A stretch of DNA of 64,000 bases. Source: Microcystaceae cyanobacterium. GTDB taxonomy: Bacteria > Cyanobacteriota > Cyanobacteriia > Cyanobacteriales > Microcystaceae. Shown one piece after another: positions 17,756 through 27,837 of the stretch. The notes below the pieces were generated by a model, which had not been told where the DNA came from, ran no database searches, and saw only the letters and a program-made list of their open reading frames with translations. The first letter of the stretch is position 1. Each line of letters starts with the position of its first letter. Both the position numbers and the translations under genes were made by a program. The stretch is taken from assembly GCA_041746575.1 (NCBI GenBank), contig JBGTGT010000011.1, forward strand, positions 32,001 to 96,000, in the 5' to 3' direction.

Positions 17756-19983
17756 GTTTTAAATAAGCTATCTAATCTTTGATCGCAATAATTGAGAAAC
17801 TTCTCTGCTAACTCAGAAGGAACGGGTTTTGAAAACAAAAAACCTTGGCCGAATTCACACTGCCGTTTTTGTAGCCATTCAAGTTGCTGTGATGTTTCAA
17901 TTCCTTCTGCAACGGTGTATAATCCCAATAAATTACTTAAGGAAATAATGATGTCAACAAGAGTATAATTTTTATCTGCTTGTTCTATTTTATGAATAAA
18001 AGCACGATCAATTTTGAGTCCATTGACGGATAATTGATGAAGATAACTCAGCGATGAATAGCCCTTTCCGAAATCATCTATACTAACTTGAATCCCTCGT
18101 AACTGTATCTGAGCCAGTAATTCACGAGTCGTTTCAACATTCTCAATTAACATACTTTCGGTAATTTCCAAAATTAAGTTTTCTCCTTGGATACCAGTGG
18201 TTTGAATAATCTGTATCAGCTGATTGAGTAACTGAGGATCTTGAAGTTGTTGAGCTGAAAGATTAATACTAAGCTTAAGGTTTTTGGCCGTAGAAATGCC
18301 CTGTTGCCATGTTGCTAATTGTTGACAAGCCTGTTGAAATACCCATCGACCGAGGGGAATAATTAATCCCGTCTCTTCTGCTACTGAAATAAATTGATTC
18401 GGCGTCAGTAAACCTCGTTGGGGATGCTCCCAGCGAATGAGTGCTTCAAATCCTTGTAAAAGAAAGGTTTTAAGAGAAACAATGGGCTGATAGTAAAGAA
18501 CAAATTCTTGATTTTCTAGGGCTTTACGAAGGTCGTTCTCGAGATTGAGGCGTTGAAGGGCTTGTAAGTGCATTGTCGAGTTAAAAATAGCATAACATCC
18601 CCGCCCCTGAGACTTAGCTTGATACATCGCAAGGTCTGCATCTCGGATCAAGTCTTCTGCCTGATGATGGTTGCTAGTCACCCACACAATGCCAATACTG
18701 GTGGTGATAAAGATATCTCTGTCATGAAGTTGGATGGGGGACTGTAGTTCTCTAAGAATTCGCTCTGCAATATACACAACATCCCCAATACTGCTCACTT
18801 CCTCTAGAACAATCACAAATTCATCTCCCCCCAGACGAACCGCTAAATCGATTTCTCGAATACAGGTGTTAAGTTTATGGGCAACAGCCATCAGCAGTTG
18901 ATCGCCGATTAAATGTCCCAAACTATCGTTAATGACCTTAAAGTGATCAAGATCGAGGAAAAGAACCGCTATTTTTAACGCTGGGGAGCGTTTAACCCGT
19001 TTAATTATCTGGTTTAGCCGCTCTATCAGCATATGTCGATTCGGCAACCCCGTTAAGGCATCGTAAAACGCATCATGTCTTAATTGTTGTTCAACCTTAA
19101 TTTGAGCGCTGACGTCTCGTGAGGTCATTTGAAGATGAATGATCTTTCCTTCTGTATCAAAAATCGGTTTGGTTAATGTTTCAAGCCAAATATAGTCACC
19201 CGTTTTTTTTCGCATTCGATAGGTTACAGGAACGGCGTTTTTTGTTAAAGTGAGCCAATTTGAGGCTTGACGAAATTGCGCTTGATCTTCTGGGTGAACC
19301 CAATGATAAGGATCTTGTCCGAGCAATTCTGTGGGACTATAGCCTAAAAGGGATTGACAGGAGGGGGTAACATACAGATATTGTCCGTCTAGCTGATGTA
19401 AACAAACGAGATCGCTCATATTTTCGGTGACGAGTTGCAGCCGTTCTTCATTTTGGCGTAGTGCCATTTCTACTTGTTTAAGGGCGGTAATATCACGTCC
19501 AACGGATTGAATTTCGACCAATTGACCGATTTTGTTGAAAATACCCCGATTTATCCACTGGGTCCATCCGATTTGTCCATCCACACGGCTATCTCGATTT
19601 TCAGCGATAAAGGTCGGACTTTCTGGTGTCAATTCTGATAATCCTTTAAAAACATCCCGTTGTAAATCCTCTGGGTTAGCAAAATCGCTCCATTTTTTGC
19701 CGATAATTTCTGTTAGGGAAAAACCGAGGGCTTGACAGATAGACGGATTCGCAAAAACGATCGTCGTATCGGGTAATGAATGCAGAATAAAATCGCTTTG
19801 GGTTTCGACCACCAGACGATAGCGGCTCTCGCTTTCCTGCAAAGCCTTCTCAGCCATTTGACGTTGAATTTCGCTCTGTTTGCGTCGCTTGATTTCTTGG
19901 CTCAAAACGAAACTCACAACCAGAACACCCACTAGAATAATGGTTGAGATAAATGTTGTCGGATCAATCAGAATAGGACTCAT
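17749..19983 (-). CDS. TM-PAS-PAS-GGDEF-EAL c-di-GMP signalling protein
   Basis: N-terminal TM, two PAS/PAC repeats, DALTGLPNR, GGDEF, EAL, EITES, DDFGKGYSS. Confidence 0.95.
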   Translation of the reverse strand: MSPILIDPTTFISTIILVGVLVVSFVLSQEIKRRKQSEIQRQMAEKALQESESRYRLVVETQSDFILHSLPDTTIVFANPSICQALGFSLTEIIGKKWSDFANPEDLQRDVFKGLSELTPESPTFIAENRDSRVDGQIGWTQWINRGIFNKIGQLVEIQSVGRDITALKQVEMALRQNEERLQLVTENMSDLVCLHQLDGQYLYVTPSCQSLLGYSPTELLGQDPYHWVHPEDQAQFRQASNWLTLTKNAVPVTYRMRKKTGDYIWLETLTKPIFDTEGKIIHLQMTSRDVSAQIKVEQQLRHDAFYDALTGLPNRHMLIERLNQIIKRVKRSPALKIAVLFLDLDHFKVINDSLGHLIGDQLLMAVAHKLNTCIREIDLAVRLGGDEFVIVLEEVSSIGDVVYIAERILRELQSPIQLHDRDIFITTSIGIVWVTSNHHQAEDLIRDADLAMYQAKSQGRGCYAIFNSTMHLQALQRLNLENDLRKALENQEFVLYYQPIVSLKTFLLQGFEALIRWEHPQRGLLTPNQFISVAEETGLIIPLGRWVFQQACQQLATWQQGISTAKNLKLSINLSAQQLQDPQLLNQLIQIIQTTGIQGENLILEITESMLIENVETTRELLAQIQLRGIQVSIDDFGKGYSSLSYLHQLSVNGLKIDRAFIHKIEQADKNYTLVDIIISLSNLLGLYTVAEGIETSQQLEWLQKRQCEFGQGFLFSKPVPSELAEKFLNYCDQRLDSLFKTQ

Positions 19984-20380
19984 TATGTCTCAATTCTATC
20001 TATTCTCAGGGTTTTTCACGGGTAGTGTTCAATAAAACGGCTAAATCCGAAAGCTGGACAGTACTAACGTTCCCTCTCATTCTTTCGCTAATGAGTTGTT
20101 TGATCACTGAGGCGTTGACATTTACGACCGTACTTCTATTTAAACACCCTAGACGGAAAATACCCCCCCGTTAGTCTTTCTAATCTAGCTTAAGACCTAT
20201 GCTACCTATGCTACCAAAAATGAGCAATACCATCAAAAACATCCCTACCAGCGATTTCCTACTTCACTGAACGTTGAGACTTTTCTTGATTTTAATCCAT
20301 TCTTCGACCACGAAATATTTGAAAAAACTGAAAAAATAAGCAATGACGAACGATAAATATAAAGATGAATTTGTAGAAGT

Positions 20381-20795
20381 CTATTCTTGGAAAATCAACG
20401 CTATCGCTTGCCCAATAATTACCGTTTGGTTAACTATTTCTTCTGCTTCATATTTTCCTTTAAATGCCTCCTTTGCCGCACCTTTCAACCCTAACTCATA
20501 GGCATCTTCTAACGTCTCTCGTCACTCTATTATTGTTAGATAAGTTCCCCCCGTTTTACGCCGTCGATTGGTGCGTTGAATCTCTTTTACGGCATGGCAA
20601 TAGATAAATCCCCTGATCTCGTTGCTCGCTTTTCTACTGCTTGCTTGATTAGATGTAAAAGCAGAATCTTACAAAGCTAAAAATTTTATTGAGCTGATCA
20701 TCTTTGTTTATTTCGGTCATTTCCTCGACCAGCAATAACGCATCTGCCAGATTTCCTGCTAATAACAAATCCTTTAGCTCGAATAACGCTTCTAT
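20381..20795 (-). pseudogene. DUF29-family protein pseudogene
   Basis: Reconstruction IEALFELKDLLLAGNLADALLLVEEMTE...KILLLHLIKQ...EIQRTNRRRKTGGTYL..*RETLEDAYELGLKGAAKEAF. ATA in place of a start codon, about three frameshifts and one stop. Confidence 0.75.
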
Positions 20796-20989
20796 TTTGG
20801 CACCTTCTTCCAACTTAATTAATCTATCAGCTTGTTAAACGGGTTTGATGATATAAAAGTCATTTTATTTCTTGCCCAAAACATTTTTGGAGGTTGCATT
20901 ATTGCCAGATGAAAGTATCATGATGACCTCAAGCGTTAATCACGCAAAAGTCAAACCTTATCATCCTTTGATTCTGCAACGCCCATTTA

Positions 20990-22381
20990 TTACTGACGTG
21001 CTACGCCATCTTGACGGGCGGCGTGTTGAACGGCTGCTGAAACGGCTGTGACGACGCGTACATCAAAGACAGAAGGAATGATATTCTCTCGGCTAAGGGT
21101 AGTCGCCGTGACTAAGGAGGCGATCGCTTTGGCCGCTTCTAGATACATATTATCAGTAATGGCCGTAGAACGACAATCTAACGCCCCGCGAAAAATCCCT
21201 GGGAAGGCTAAAACATTGTTAATTTGGTTGGCATAATCGCTTCTTCCTGTTGCCATCACTGCCACATCCTCAGTGACTAACTCAGGCTGAATTTCGGGAA
21301 TGGGGTTGGCCATTGCAAAGACAACAGGATCTTTAGCCATGGATCGTACCATTTCAGGGGTCACCACGCCCGGTACACTTACCCCTAAGAAGACATCTGC
21401 CCCTTCTAAGGCATCAGCGAGATTTCCCGTGGCAGAAACAGCAAATTGTCGCTTTTGTAAATTTAGATCGGTTCTGTCTTGAGAAACAATGCCTTTAGAG
21501 TCACATAACCAGATGGTGGTAGCTCCTGCTTTCTGTAAGAGTTGAGCAATGGCGATCCCCGCCGCTCCTGCCCCATTAATTACTATTCTCACGGCTTCTA
21601 TCGGTTTTTGAACCAATTTGAGAGCATTAATTAAAGCCGCTAAACTGACGATCGCTGTGCCATGTTGATCATCGTGGAAAATTGGGATATCGAGTTCTTT
21701 TCGCAGTCTTTGTTCGATTTCAAAGCAACGAGGGGCAGAAATATCCTCTAGATTTACGCCACCAAACACAGGCGCAATATATTTCACCGTAGCGATAATG
21801 GCCTCTGTGTCTTGGGTATCTAAGCAAATGGGAAAAGCATCGATTCCGGCAAATTCCTTAAATAACATAGCTTTTCCTTCCATTACCGGCAATGCAGCCT
21901 CTGGACCTAAATTTCCTAAGCCTAAGACGGCACTGCCATCGGTAACGACAGCAACGGTATTACTTTTAATGGTAAGGGAAAAAACTTGCTGGGGATCTTG
22001 GGCGATCGCTTTACAAATTCGGCCAACGCCGGGGGTATAAGCCATCGCTAAATCCGATTGAGAAGCCAAAGAAAGGCGGCTTTCGACGGATATTTTGCCT
22101 TGACGGTGCAAATCAAAGGTACGATCTGAAACTTTGAGGACTTTAAGCTCTGGTATCGCTTTTATCTTAGCAACAATCTCTTCGGCATGGTATTCACTCG
22201 ACGCATCTACAGTAATTTCCCGACGGGTAATTTTGAGGGTACGATCAATCAAGGAAATTTGACCTAAACTTCCCCCCACTTCAGCGATCGCTTGTGTCAC
22301 TTTAGAGAGCGTTCCGGCTTTGTTGGGCAATTCGAGCTGAATCGTTAAGCTATAACTGGGATTGGGGGTCAGTTTGTCCAT
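20990..22381 (-). CDS. Malic enzyme with N-terminal ACT domain
   Basis: AYTPGVG, DGSAVLGLGNLG, VMEGK, NLEDI, FHDDQHGTA, GAGAAG, FAMANP, TGRSD, NNVLAFPG. Confidence 0.96.
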   Translation of the reverse strand: MDKLTPNPSYSLTIQLELPNKAGTLSKVTQAIAEVGGSLGQISLIDRTLKITRREITVDASSEYHAEEIVAKIKAIPELKVLKVSDRTFDLHRQGKISVESRLSLASQSDLAMAYTPGVGRICKAIAQDPQQVFSLTIKSNTVAVVTDGSAVLGLGNLGPEAALPVMEGKAMLFKEFAGIDAFPICLDTQDTEAIIATVKYIAPVFGGVNLEDISAPRCFEIEQRLRKELDIPIFHDDQHGTAIVSLAALINALKLVQKPIEAVRIVINGAGAAGIAIAQLLQKAGATTIWLCDSKGIVSQDRTDLNLQKRQFAVSATGNLADALEGADVFLGVSVPGVVTPEMVRSMAKDPVVFAMANPIPEIQPELVTEDVAVMATGRSDYANQINNVLAFPGIFRGALDCRSTAITDNMYLEAAKAIASLVTATTLSRENIIPSVFDVRVVTAVSAAVQHAARQDGVARQ

Positions 22382-22443
22382 CTAATTTTTTGTCCTGCAA
22401 ATCAACATGGTATTAATGATTATCGGTCATTTTGATCTCAATT

Positions 22444-22459
22444 TGTATTAATTCATACA
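22444..22459. promoter_or_regulatory. Candidate NtcA binding site upstream of malic enzyme
   Basis: TGTA-TTAATTCA-TACA matches GTA-N8-TAC and lies about 63 bp upstream of the start codon. Confidence 0.55.
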
Positions 22460-22592
22460 AAGCAGTTAAATTATTAAAATCTTTAATAAGTAAGCTTGGC
22501 AATGCGTGAATTTCTGAACGAGAAGAGGCAGGATGAAATGATAAATCAGTCGCTTTAGAAGAAATAGCTTATCGTCTTAATTGAAGTATTTT

Positions 22593-23030
22593 TTATTCTT
22601 GAGAAAGATTGACCACGGTTTGCAACATATAAATAATAATGGCTATTTTGTAAGTTAAAAATCCTAAGAAAACGGGAATAATATGGAGTTCTTTAACTTG
22701 GGTTGCGATGATGATTAATACCACAAATAAGCCAATGCCTTTGCTTCCCATTCTTTGTTTTTGACTACTGAGTTTTTCGACATCTGTAGCGAGGGATTTC
22801 AGATAAATAATGCCCACACTTGCCCCTAATAAATAGTTAAGAGCAATATTAAGAGAATAAGCAAAGCAAACTGAAACAAAAATTACTCCCATCAAGACCA
22901 GACTGAGAAGAAATAAGGTTTTTTGCAGTTGATAATAGTCTTGCATTGAATTTTTTTGGGGGACATCAGACGCATTAGCTACAGGCTTTTTTTCTGGCAT
23001 TGAATTAGGAGAAGTGTTAGATGAAGTCAC
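22593..23030 (-). CDS. atp1: ATP synthase protein I (Atp1/UncI-like)
   Basis: [44 protein letters not shown] are typical of cyanobacterial Atp1. Confidence 0.88.
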   Translation of the reverse strand: MTSSNTSPNSMPEKKPVANASDVPQKNSMQDYYQLQKTLFLLSLVLMGVIFVSVCFAYSLNIALNYLLGASVGIIYLKSLATDVEKLSSQKQRMGSKGIGLFVVLIIIATQVKELHIIPVFLGFLTYKIAIIIYMLQTVVNLSQE

Positions 23031-23190
23031 GTTACAATGAAGATAAAATGGCTAATTTAGATCAAAATTCAGTTACTATTTTATACTAATTTTTGAAAAA
23101 ATAGGGATCAAATTTAGATCCGACCTGAAGATGTTTTAGACAACGTCTCTGGAGCATTGGTAGCAACGTTAAATTTATGACGCACAATGG

Positions 23191-25110
23191 TTATTTAAGA
23201 CGTTTGTGATATCTGCCTAACGCAATTAAGGGAAAATAATGACAATACAGATGATAACGAATGTAGAAATGATTGGGGAATCCTGTACCTGTGAATTCAG
23301 CTTCTTCCCACGTTCCTAATCCATTTTGATTGGAAATTAAATAATTAACGCCTTTTTCAATAGATTCCGCCTCATAGTTATCTAATGCTTCTCCTGCATC
23401 CAGTAATCCAATTAATGCCCAAGCTGTTTGGGAAGCCGTGCTGTTGCCTTTCCCTTTTAAAGTGGCATCTTGATAACTCCAACAGGTTTCTCCCCATCCC
23501 CCATCGGGATTCTGCACGCTTAAAAGCCAATCAACCCCTTTTTCGAGTTTATGACCATGTTTTTCAGGACAAACAACCGCTAAAGCCGATAAAACACCAC
23601 TTGTACCATAAACGTAATTTACTCCCCAACGACCAAACCAACTGCCATCGCTTTCTTGTTCGTCATAAAGATAATCTAAGGCTTGTTTTATGCGATTTTT
23701 GTCCATTTTTAAGTCACCCGATCCCACCATTTCTAAGACTCGCGCGGTAACATCAGCCGTATTAGGATCAACCATCGCTTTTAAATCGCCGTAAGGAACA
23801 GAATTTAACCAATTTTGGTCATTATCTAGATCAAAAGCCGCCCATCCTCCTGCTTTACATTGCATCGTCTCGATCCATTTCACACAACGATCAATCGCCG
23901 CCGCTTTTAAGCCTTCGTGGGGCAGTTGAATCCCTTGTAATGCCATGACAACGACAGCAGAATCATCTAAATCGGGATAAAAACGATTGAAAAACTCAAA
24001 TGCCCAACCGCCAGGCTTTCCCGTCTTATTCTTAACCGCCCAGTCGCCATAATCCAAGATTTGCTGGCGCAGTAACCATTCTCCTCCTTTAACTAAAGAG
24101 GGGTGATCTGGATTTAACCCAGCATCATTTAAGGCTCGAATTGCCCACGCTGTATCCCACACTGGAGATACACAAGCTTGAAGTCTATAGGTATTACCTT
24201 CTTCGATAGCGAAGCGATCAATTGCTTCAAATGCCCGAACGACGCAGGGATCATGGACATCGTAGCCTAAAACCTTAAAAGCCAGTAAAGAATTGACCAT
24301 TGGGGGCATAATCCCACCCCAGTCACCTGTTTCTTGTTGATGGTTCAGCATCCAGCGTTCTGCGGCTTTTAACCCTTGCTGATGTAGGGGAACAAGGTTA
24401 TTTTTTTCGCAAAATTTGAAGAATTTATCTAAAATTAAAAATAGATCAGACCAGTTATTATTCTTCGGTAGTTGATATTTTACATTGTTTTTGCCCTCTG
24501 TGTAGAGTTCGTCTAGATTTATCGCTATTTTAAGCTGGAAAATGGGCTTTTTATCAAAAACAATGATTAAAGGAACGGTACTTTCCCGCGCCCAACTCGC
24601 CATCTCGTAGATGGTAAAGGGGAAAAAATTGGGAAACAACATAATCCATGAAGGAATCGATGGTAATCCTGCCCAATCGTAACAACCGATTAAAGCAAGG
24701 TGAAATTTGGTAAAAATACGAGTTTTGCTGATACCTCCTTTACCTAAAATAAATTCTTTGGCTTTCACTAATGCTGAGTCAGTTGCAGAGACTCCCAATA
24801 AGCGCAGTGCCATATACGCTTCAACAGAGGTACTCACTTCGCCGCCATCTCCATAAAAGAGTTCCCAACCCCCATGATCTCGTTGTTGCGATCGCAGATA
24901 GTCTTCTGCTTTAGACAAAGGGCGAGTCTGCTCAGTTTCCCAAATTTGATGAACTAAGACGGTTTCAGCTGTTAACGTGACGTTAGACTCTAATTCTGCC
25001 CACCAGTATCCCTCTGAATATTGCAGAGAGAGTAAATAATCTTGAGCCTTTTGAATTTGCGCTTTGAGTTGGTCTAAATTGACAGGGATTCCACGTTCTT
25101 GGGTTCGCAT
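23191..25110 (-). CDS. shc: Squalene-hopene cyclase
   Basis: DLDD (DxDD) catalytic motif, multiple QW repeats, SPVWDT, TGTGFP. Confidence 0.97.
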   Translation of the reverse strand: MRTQERGIPVNLDQLKAQIQKAQDYLLSLQYSEGYWWAELESNVTLTAETVLVHQIWETEQTRPLSKAEDYLRSQQRDHGGWELFYGDGGEVSTSVEAYMALRLLGVSATDSALVKAKEFILGKGGISKTRIFTKFHLALIGCYDWAGLPSIPSWIMLFPNFFPFTIYEMASWARESTVPLIIVFDKKPIFQLKIAINLDELYTEGKNNVKYQLPKNNNWSDLFLILDKFFKFCEKNNLVPLHQQGLKAAERWMLNHQQETGDWGGIMPPMVNSLLAFKVLGYDVHDPCVVRAFEAIDRFAIEEGNTYRLQACVSPVWDTAWAIRALNDAGLNPDHPSLVKGGEWLLRQQILDYGDWAVKNKTGKPGGWAFEFFNRFYPDLDDSAVVVMALQGIQLPHEGLKAAAIDRCVKWIETMQCKAGGWAAFDLDNDQNWLNSVPYGDLKAMVDPNTADVTARVLEMVGSGDLKMDKNRIKQALDYLYDEQESDGSWFGRWGVNYVYGTSGVLSALAVVCPEKHGHKLEKGVDWLLSVQNPDGGWGETCWSYQDATLKGKGNSTASQTAWALIGLLDAGEALDNYEAESIEKGVNYLISNQNGLGTWEEAEFTGTGFPNHFYIRYHLYCHYFPLIALGRYHKRLK

Positions 25111-25176
25111 CGGTTTCCGTTCACGCTAGGATTAATCTTTACTTATTTAAGCAAAAATTGAGTCATTTGGCTTGAA

Positions 25177-26604
25177 TTAAGAATTCGCTCCCAATTGTTG
25201 ATAATGAGATAAAGCATCTAAGAAAAAATAGTCTCCCCAAATTAAGCCATTATCATAATTTTGACTGGGTGAAATAGCGTGATAATGATGATAACAACCG
25301 TGCAGTAAAAGACTCATTCCTTGATCAGGTTTTGCTAAATATTGAGAGGACATTAATTGAGCCAATATTTGTTGACTCATATCAAGATAGTTTTGACGCT
25401 CAGAATGATTTTGGGGCAAACTCTCAACTAAATTTAAGAGTCCTGAAACAGCAATAGCGGCTGCAGACGTATCTTTTTCAGTATCAGGATTTACCTGTAT
25501 AGCATAATCGAAATCCCAAGGGGGAATTAAATCGCCTTGCCGACGTAATTTTTTGGGGAAATGAGTAGGAAGATGCTTAAAATAATAATCAATGGCTTGT
25601 TGGGCAATGGTTAAAATTTCAGGATCTTGGGTATATTTAAAGGTAACACTGGTGGCATAAATCCACCATGCTTGACCCCTCGACCATGTACTATCATCTC
25701 GCCAGCCTTGTTTGCCTTCATTAAATAAAAATTGACCATATTTTTTAGCCTTAGGATCAATCTCAAAATAGCCCCTTTGCCAAGTCCCATTTTGACCTAG
25801 ATTACGGTCTCTTGACATGGATTTAGCTAAGATTTTAATATGAGAAAGGGCAATGTTTTGCCATTTGTGAGCGATATCTTGCTCAGGACAATGCTCTGCC
25901 GCCCAGAGTAATTGTTCCACATTAATGGTGTGATCTATAAAGGCGTGCCAATATTCTTGATGATCGGTACGATCTGCCTGACGAAAATAACCAAAAACAC
26001 CCATATCTTCGGCAAAATTTCCGCTTTTATCAGACAAATTTAAGGGATTTGCTAACGCTTTAGTTCCTTGAAGAATAAGGTCTAAAACTTGATTTTGTTC
26101 TTGACCTGAACTACTTTCATACCAGGGTCGAAAAACGAATAAATTATTGAGAGTTATATCTTGAACGGACTTTTTTATTTTTCGAGATAATGGGTTACTC
26201 CAGAAAATAGCTTGTTCACGCCAATACGTTTTTAATTGAGGATTGGACTCTCGTGCGTAAAGTTGCCAAATAATACCGGGAAACGCTCCTGCAGACCAAA
26301 AATTGATATCAGCCCAATAATAAGTACCATCCGTTTTTCTCTGCTTTTTCTTGCTTTTTAAATCTCGATTTTCTGTGTAACTAGGATAAAGAATATTCGA
26401 GCGGCTATTTTGTTTTAAATAAGTAATAATTTTAGAATATTTATATCTTGCTAAATCAAAACTATAGTTGACTTTTTCCGTGAAATCGGCTTTTTCTTTT
26501 AAATTCGGTTTAAGAACAGAAGGAGAAGGTTTACCCTGCCAAAAGATGAGCAAAACTATTGTCAATAATAATAAAACAAAATAAATCCGTTGTCTTCTAT
26601 TCAT
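25177..26604 (-). CDS. Glycoside hydrolase family 88 (unsaturated glucuronyl hydrolase-like), membrane-anchored
   Basis: WSAGAFPG, QGWRDDSTWSRGQAW, PPWDF, DTSAAAI, WGDYFFL; N-terminal TM. Confidence 0.85.
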   Translation of the reverse strand: MNRRQRIYFVLLLLTIVLLIFWQGKPSPSVLKPNLKEKADFTEKVNYSFDLARYKYSKIITYLKQNSRSNILYPSYTENRDLKSKKKQRKTDGTYYWADINFWSAGAFPGIIWQLYARESNPQLKTYWREQAIFWSNPLSRKIKKSVQDITLNNLFVFRPWYESSSGQEQNQVLDLILQGTKALANPLNLSDKSGNFAEDMGVFGYFRQADRTDHQEYWHAFIDHTINVEQLLWAAEHCPEQDIAHKWQNIALSHIKILAKSMSRDRNLGQNGTWQRGYFEIDPKAKKYGQFLFNEGKQGWRDDSTWSRGQAWWIYATSVTFKYTQDPEILTIAQQAIDYYFKHLPTHFPKKLRRQGDLIPPWDFDYAIQVNPDTEKDTSAAAIAVSGLLNLVESLPQNHSERQNYLDMSQQILAQLMSSQYLAKPDQGMSLLLHGCYHHYHAISPSQNYDNGLIWGDYFFLDALSHYQQLGANS

Positions 26605-26701
26605 AACAATTAGTCCCGATAAGCTCTTGTTTATTTAAATAACCAATTCAGCAGTTTCTCTTGCTTTTTTTAATTTTTTAATAACGCCTAAATAGCGCAC
26701 T

Positions 26702-27229
26702 TTAACGAATGGTTAAACTATATTCATCGGATTCATCAAAATAAGCCCAATCTATATTAGTATTGACTTTAATTGCTTTTTTAATTTCGGCAAGTTTGGG
26801 GGTTACTTCAACTTTTTTATATTCATCGGGCAAGTCACGAGGATCAATATTTAAACACAATTTGGGAGGTTTTTTGCGTAGGCTTAATTTACCATCGATC
26901 CCTTCTATCTTCGTTTTACCTGTTAATTTCATCTGTCGAATAAGATAGCCCTTTAAACGGTCAGCTTGGCTTTGCGCTTCGTTGGCAAGGTCTCTTAATC
27001 TTTGTGACTCTTTTTTACGAGCATCCGCGATTGATTCTTGATGTCTAATATAAGCCGCTACCCTTAAGGCTTTTTCTGCGAAATCTTCGGATGTTTGAAG
27101 CCAATCCTCGAATACTTGGTTAACTTTCGCTTCTTTCTCATCTTTACTTAAGTTCTCCTCTTCTTCGATCAATGTAATCAGGTTTTCTAGCTTCAAAAGG
27201 TCGTCAGATAATTCCCAAAGTGTGGCCAT
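26702..27229 (-). CDS. Siphovirus Gp157 family protein
   Basis: MATLWELS start, long coiled coil, LKGYL..QM, LRKKPP, LPDEY, IKKAIK, C-terminal SLTIR. Confidence 0.85.
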   Translation of the reverse strand: MATLWELSDDLLKLENLITLIEEEENLSKDEKEAKVNQVFEDWLQTSEDFAEKALRVAAYIRHQESIADARKKESQRLRDLANEAQSQADRLKGYLIRQMKLTGKTKIEGIDGKLSLRKKPPKLCLNIDPRDLPDEYKKVEVTPKLAEIKKAIKVNTNIDWAYFDESDEYSLTIR

Positions 27230-27270
27230 TGTTGATTGTCTGGGTTGAAATTTCTACTATTCTATCAGTC

Positions 27271-27286
27271 ATAGCGTAAAATCTAT
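27271..27286. promoter_or_regulatory. Candidate NdhR/CcmR (LysR-type) operator upstream of the mrp/mnh operon
   Basis: ATAG-CGTAAAAT-CTAT matches ATAG-N8-CTAT. The mnh operon is an NdhR target in Synechocystis. Confidence 0.65.
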
Positions 27287-27501
27287 CAATTCTCATGGGT
27301 TTAATTAATGCTAACGATTAATGAAAGTCAATCTTTTTTATAAATATTTATAAATCTTGATCATTGCAAAAACATCATTCAATTTTATTCTTTTTTCCCG
27401 CTTCAACAAGCAATAAATAGATTAAGATTATAGAAATTAAAATAGACCGAGGCCTGATAAAAATAATATTTTGACTGTCCTTTACCTTGTAGGCAATATT
27501 C

Positions 27502-27837
27502 GTGTTAGAAATCTGTGTAATTGCGACGATTCTATGTGGTTTTTTCGGGATTCTCTGGAAGAAAAACCTCGTGATGAAGATCATCTCAATGGATGTGATG
27601 AGTACGGGGGTAGTTGCCTATTATGTGTTGATTGCCTCGCGGGGAGGCGTGTTTACTCCCATTTTTTTGGATGATCCCCCTAAAATTTACGCTGATCCTA
27701 TTCCCCAAGCTGTCATTTTGACGGCGATCGTAATTGGTTTTTCTATTCAAGCTTTGATGCTAGTGGGAGTAATGAAACTCTCTCGACATCATCCTACTTT
27801 GGACAGTAATGAAATTGAGAAGCGTAACACCCCATGA
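27502..27837 (+). CDS. mrpC: Mrp/Mnh Na+/H+ antiporter subunit C
   Basis: DPIPQAVILTAIVIG signature. Confidence 0.92.
   Translation: MLEICVIATILCGFFGILWKKNLVMKIISMDVMSTGVVAYYVLIASRGGVFTPIFLDDPPKIYADPIPQAVILTAIVIGFSIQALMLVGVMKLSRHHPTLDSNEIEKRNTP

Noticed and set aside
26702..27229. Prophage around gp157
   Set aside because: No integrase, structural or other phage genes, and no att repeats seen.
27375..27674. 69-aa and 67-aa ORFs at the mrp promoter
   Set aside because: They overlap mrpC in other frames or strands and have no recognisable motifs.
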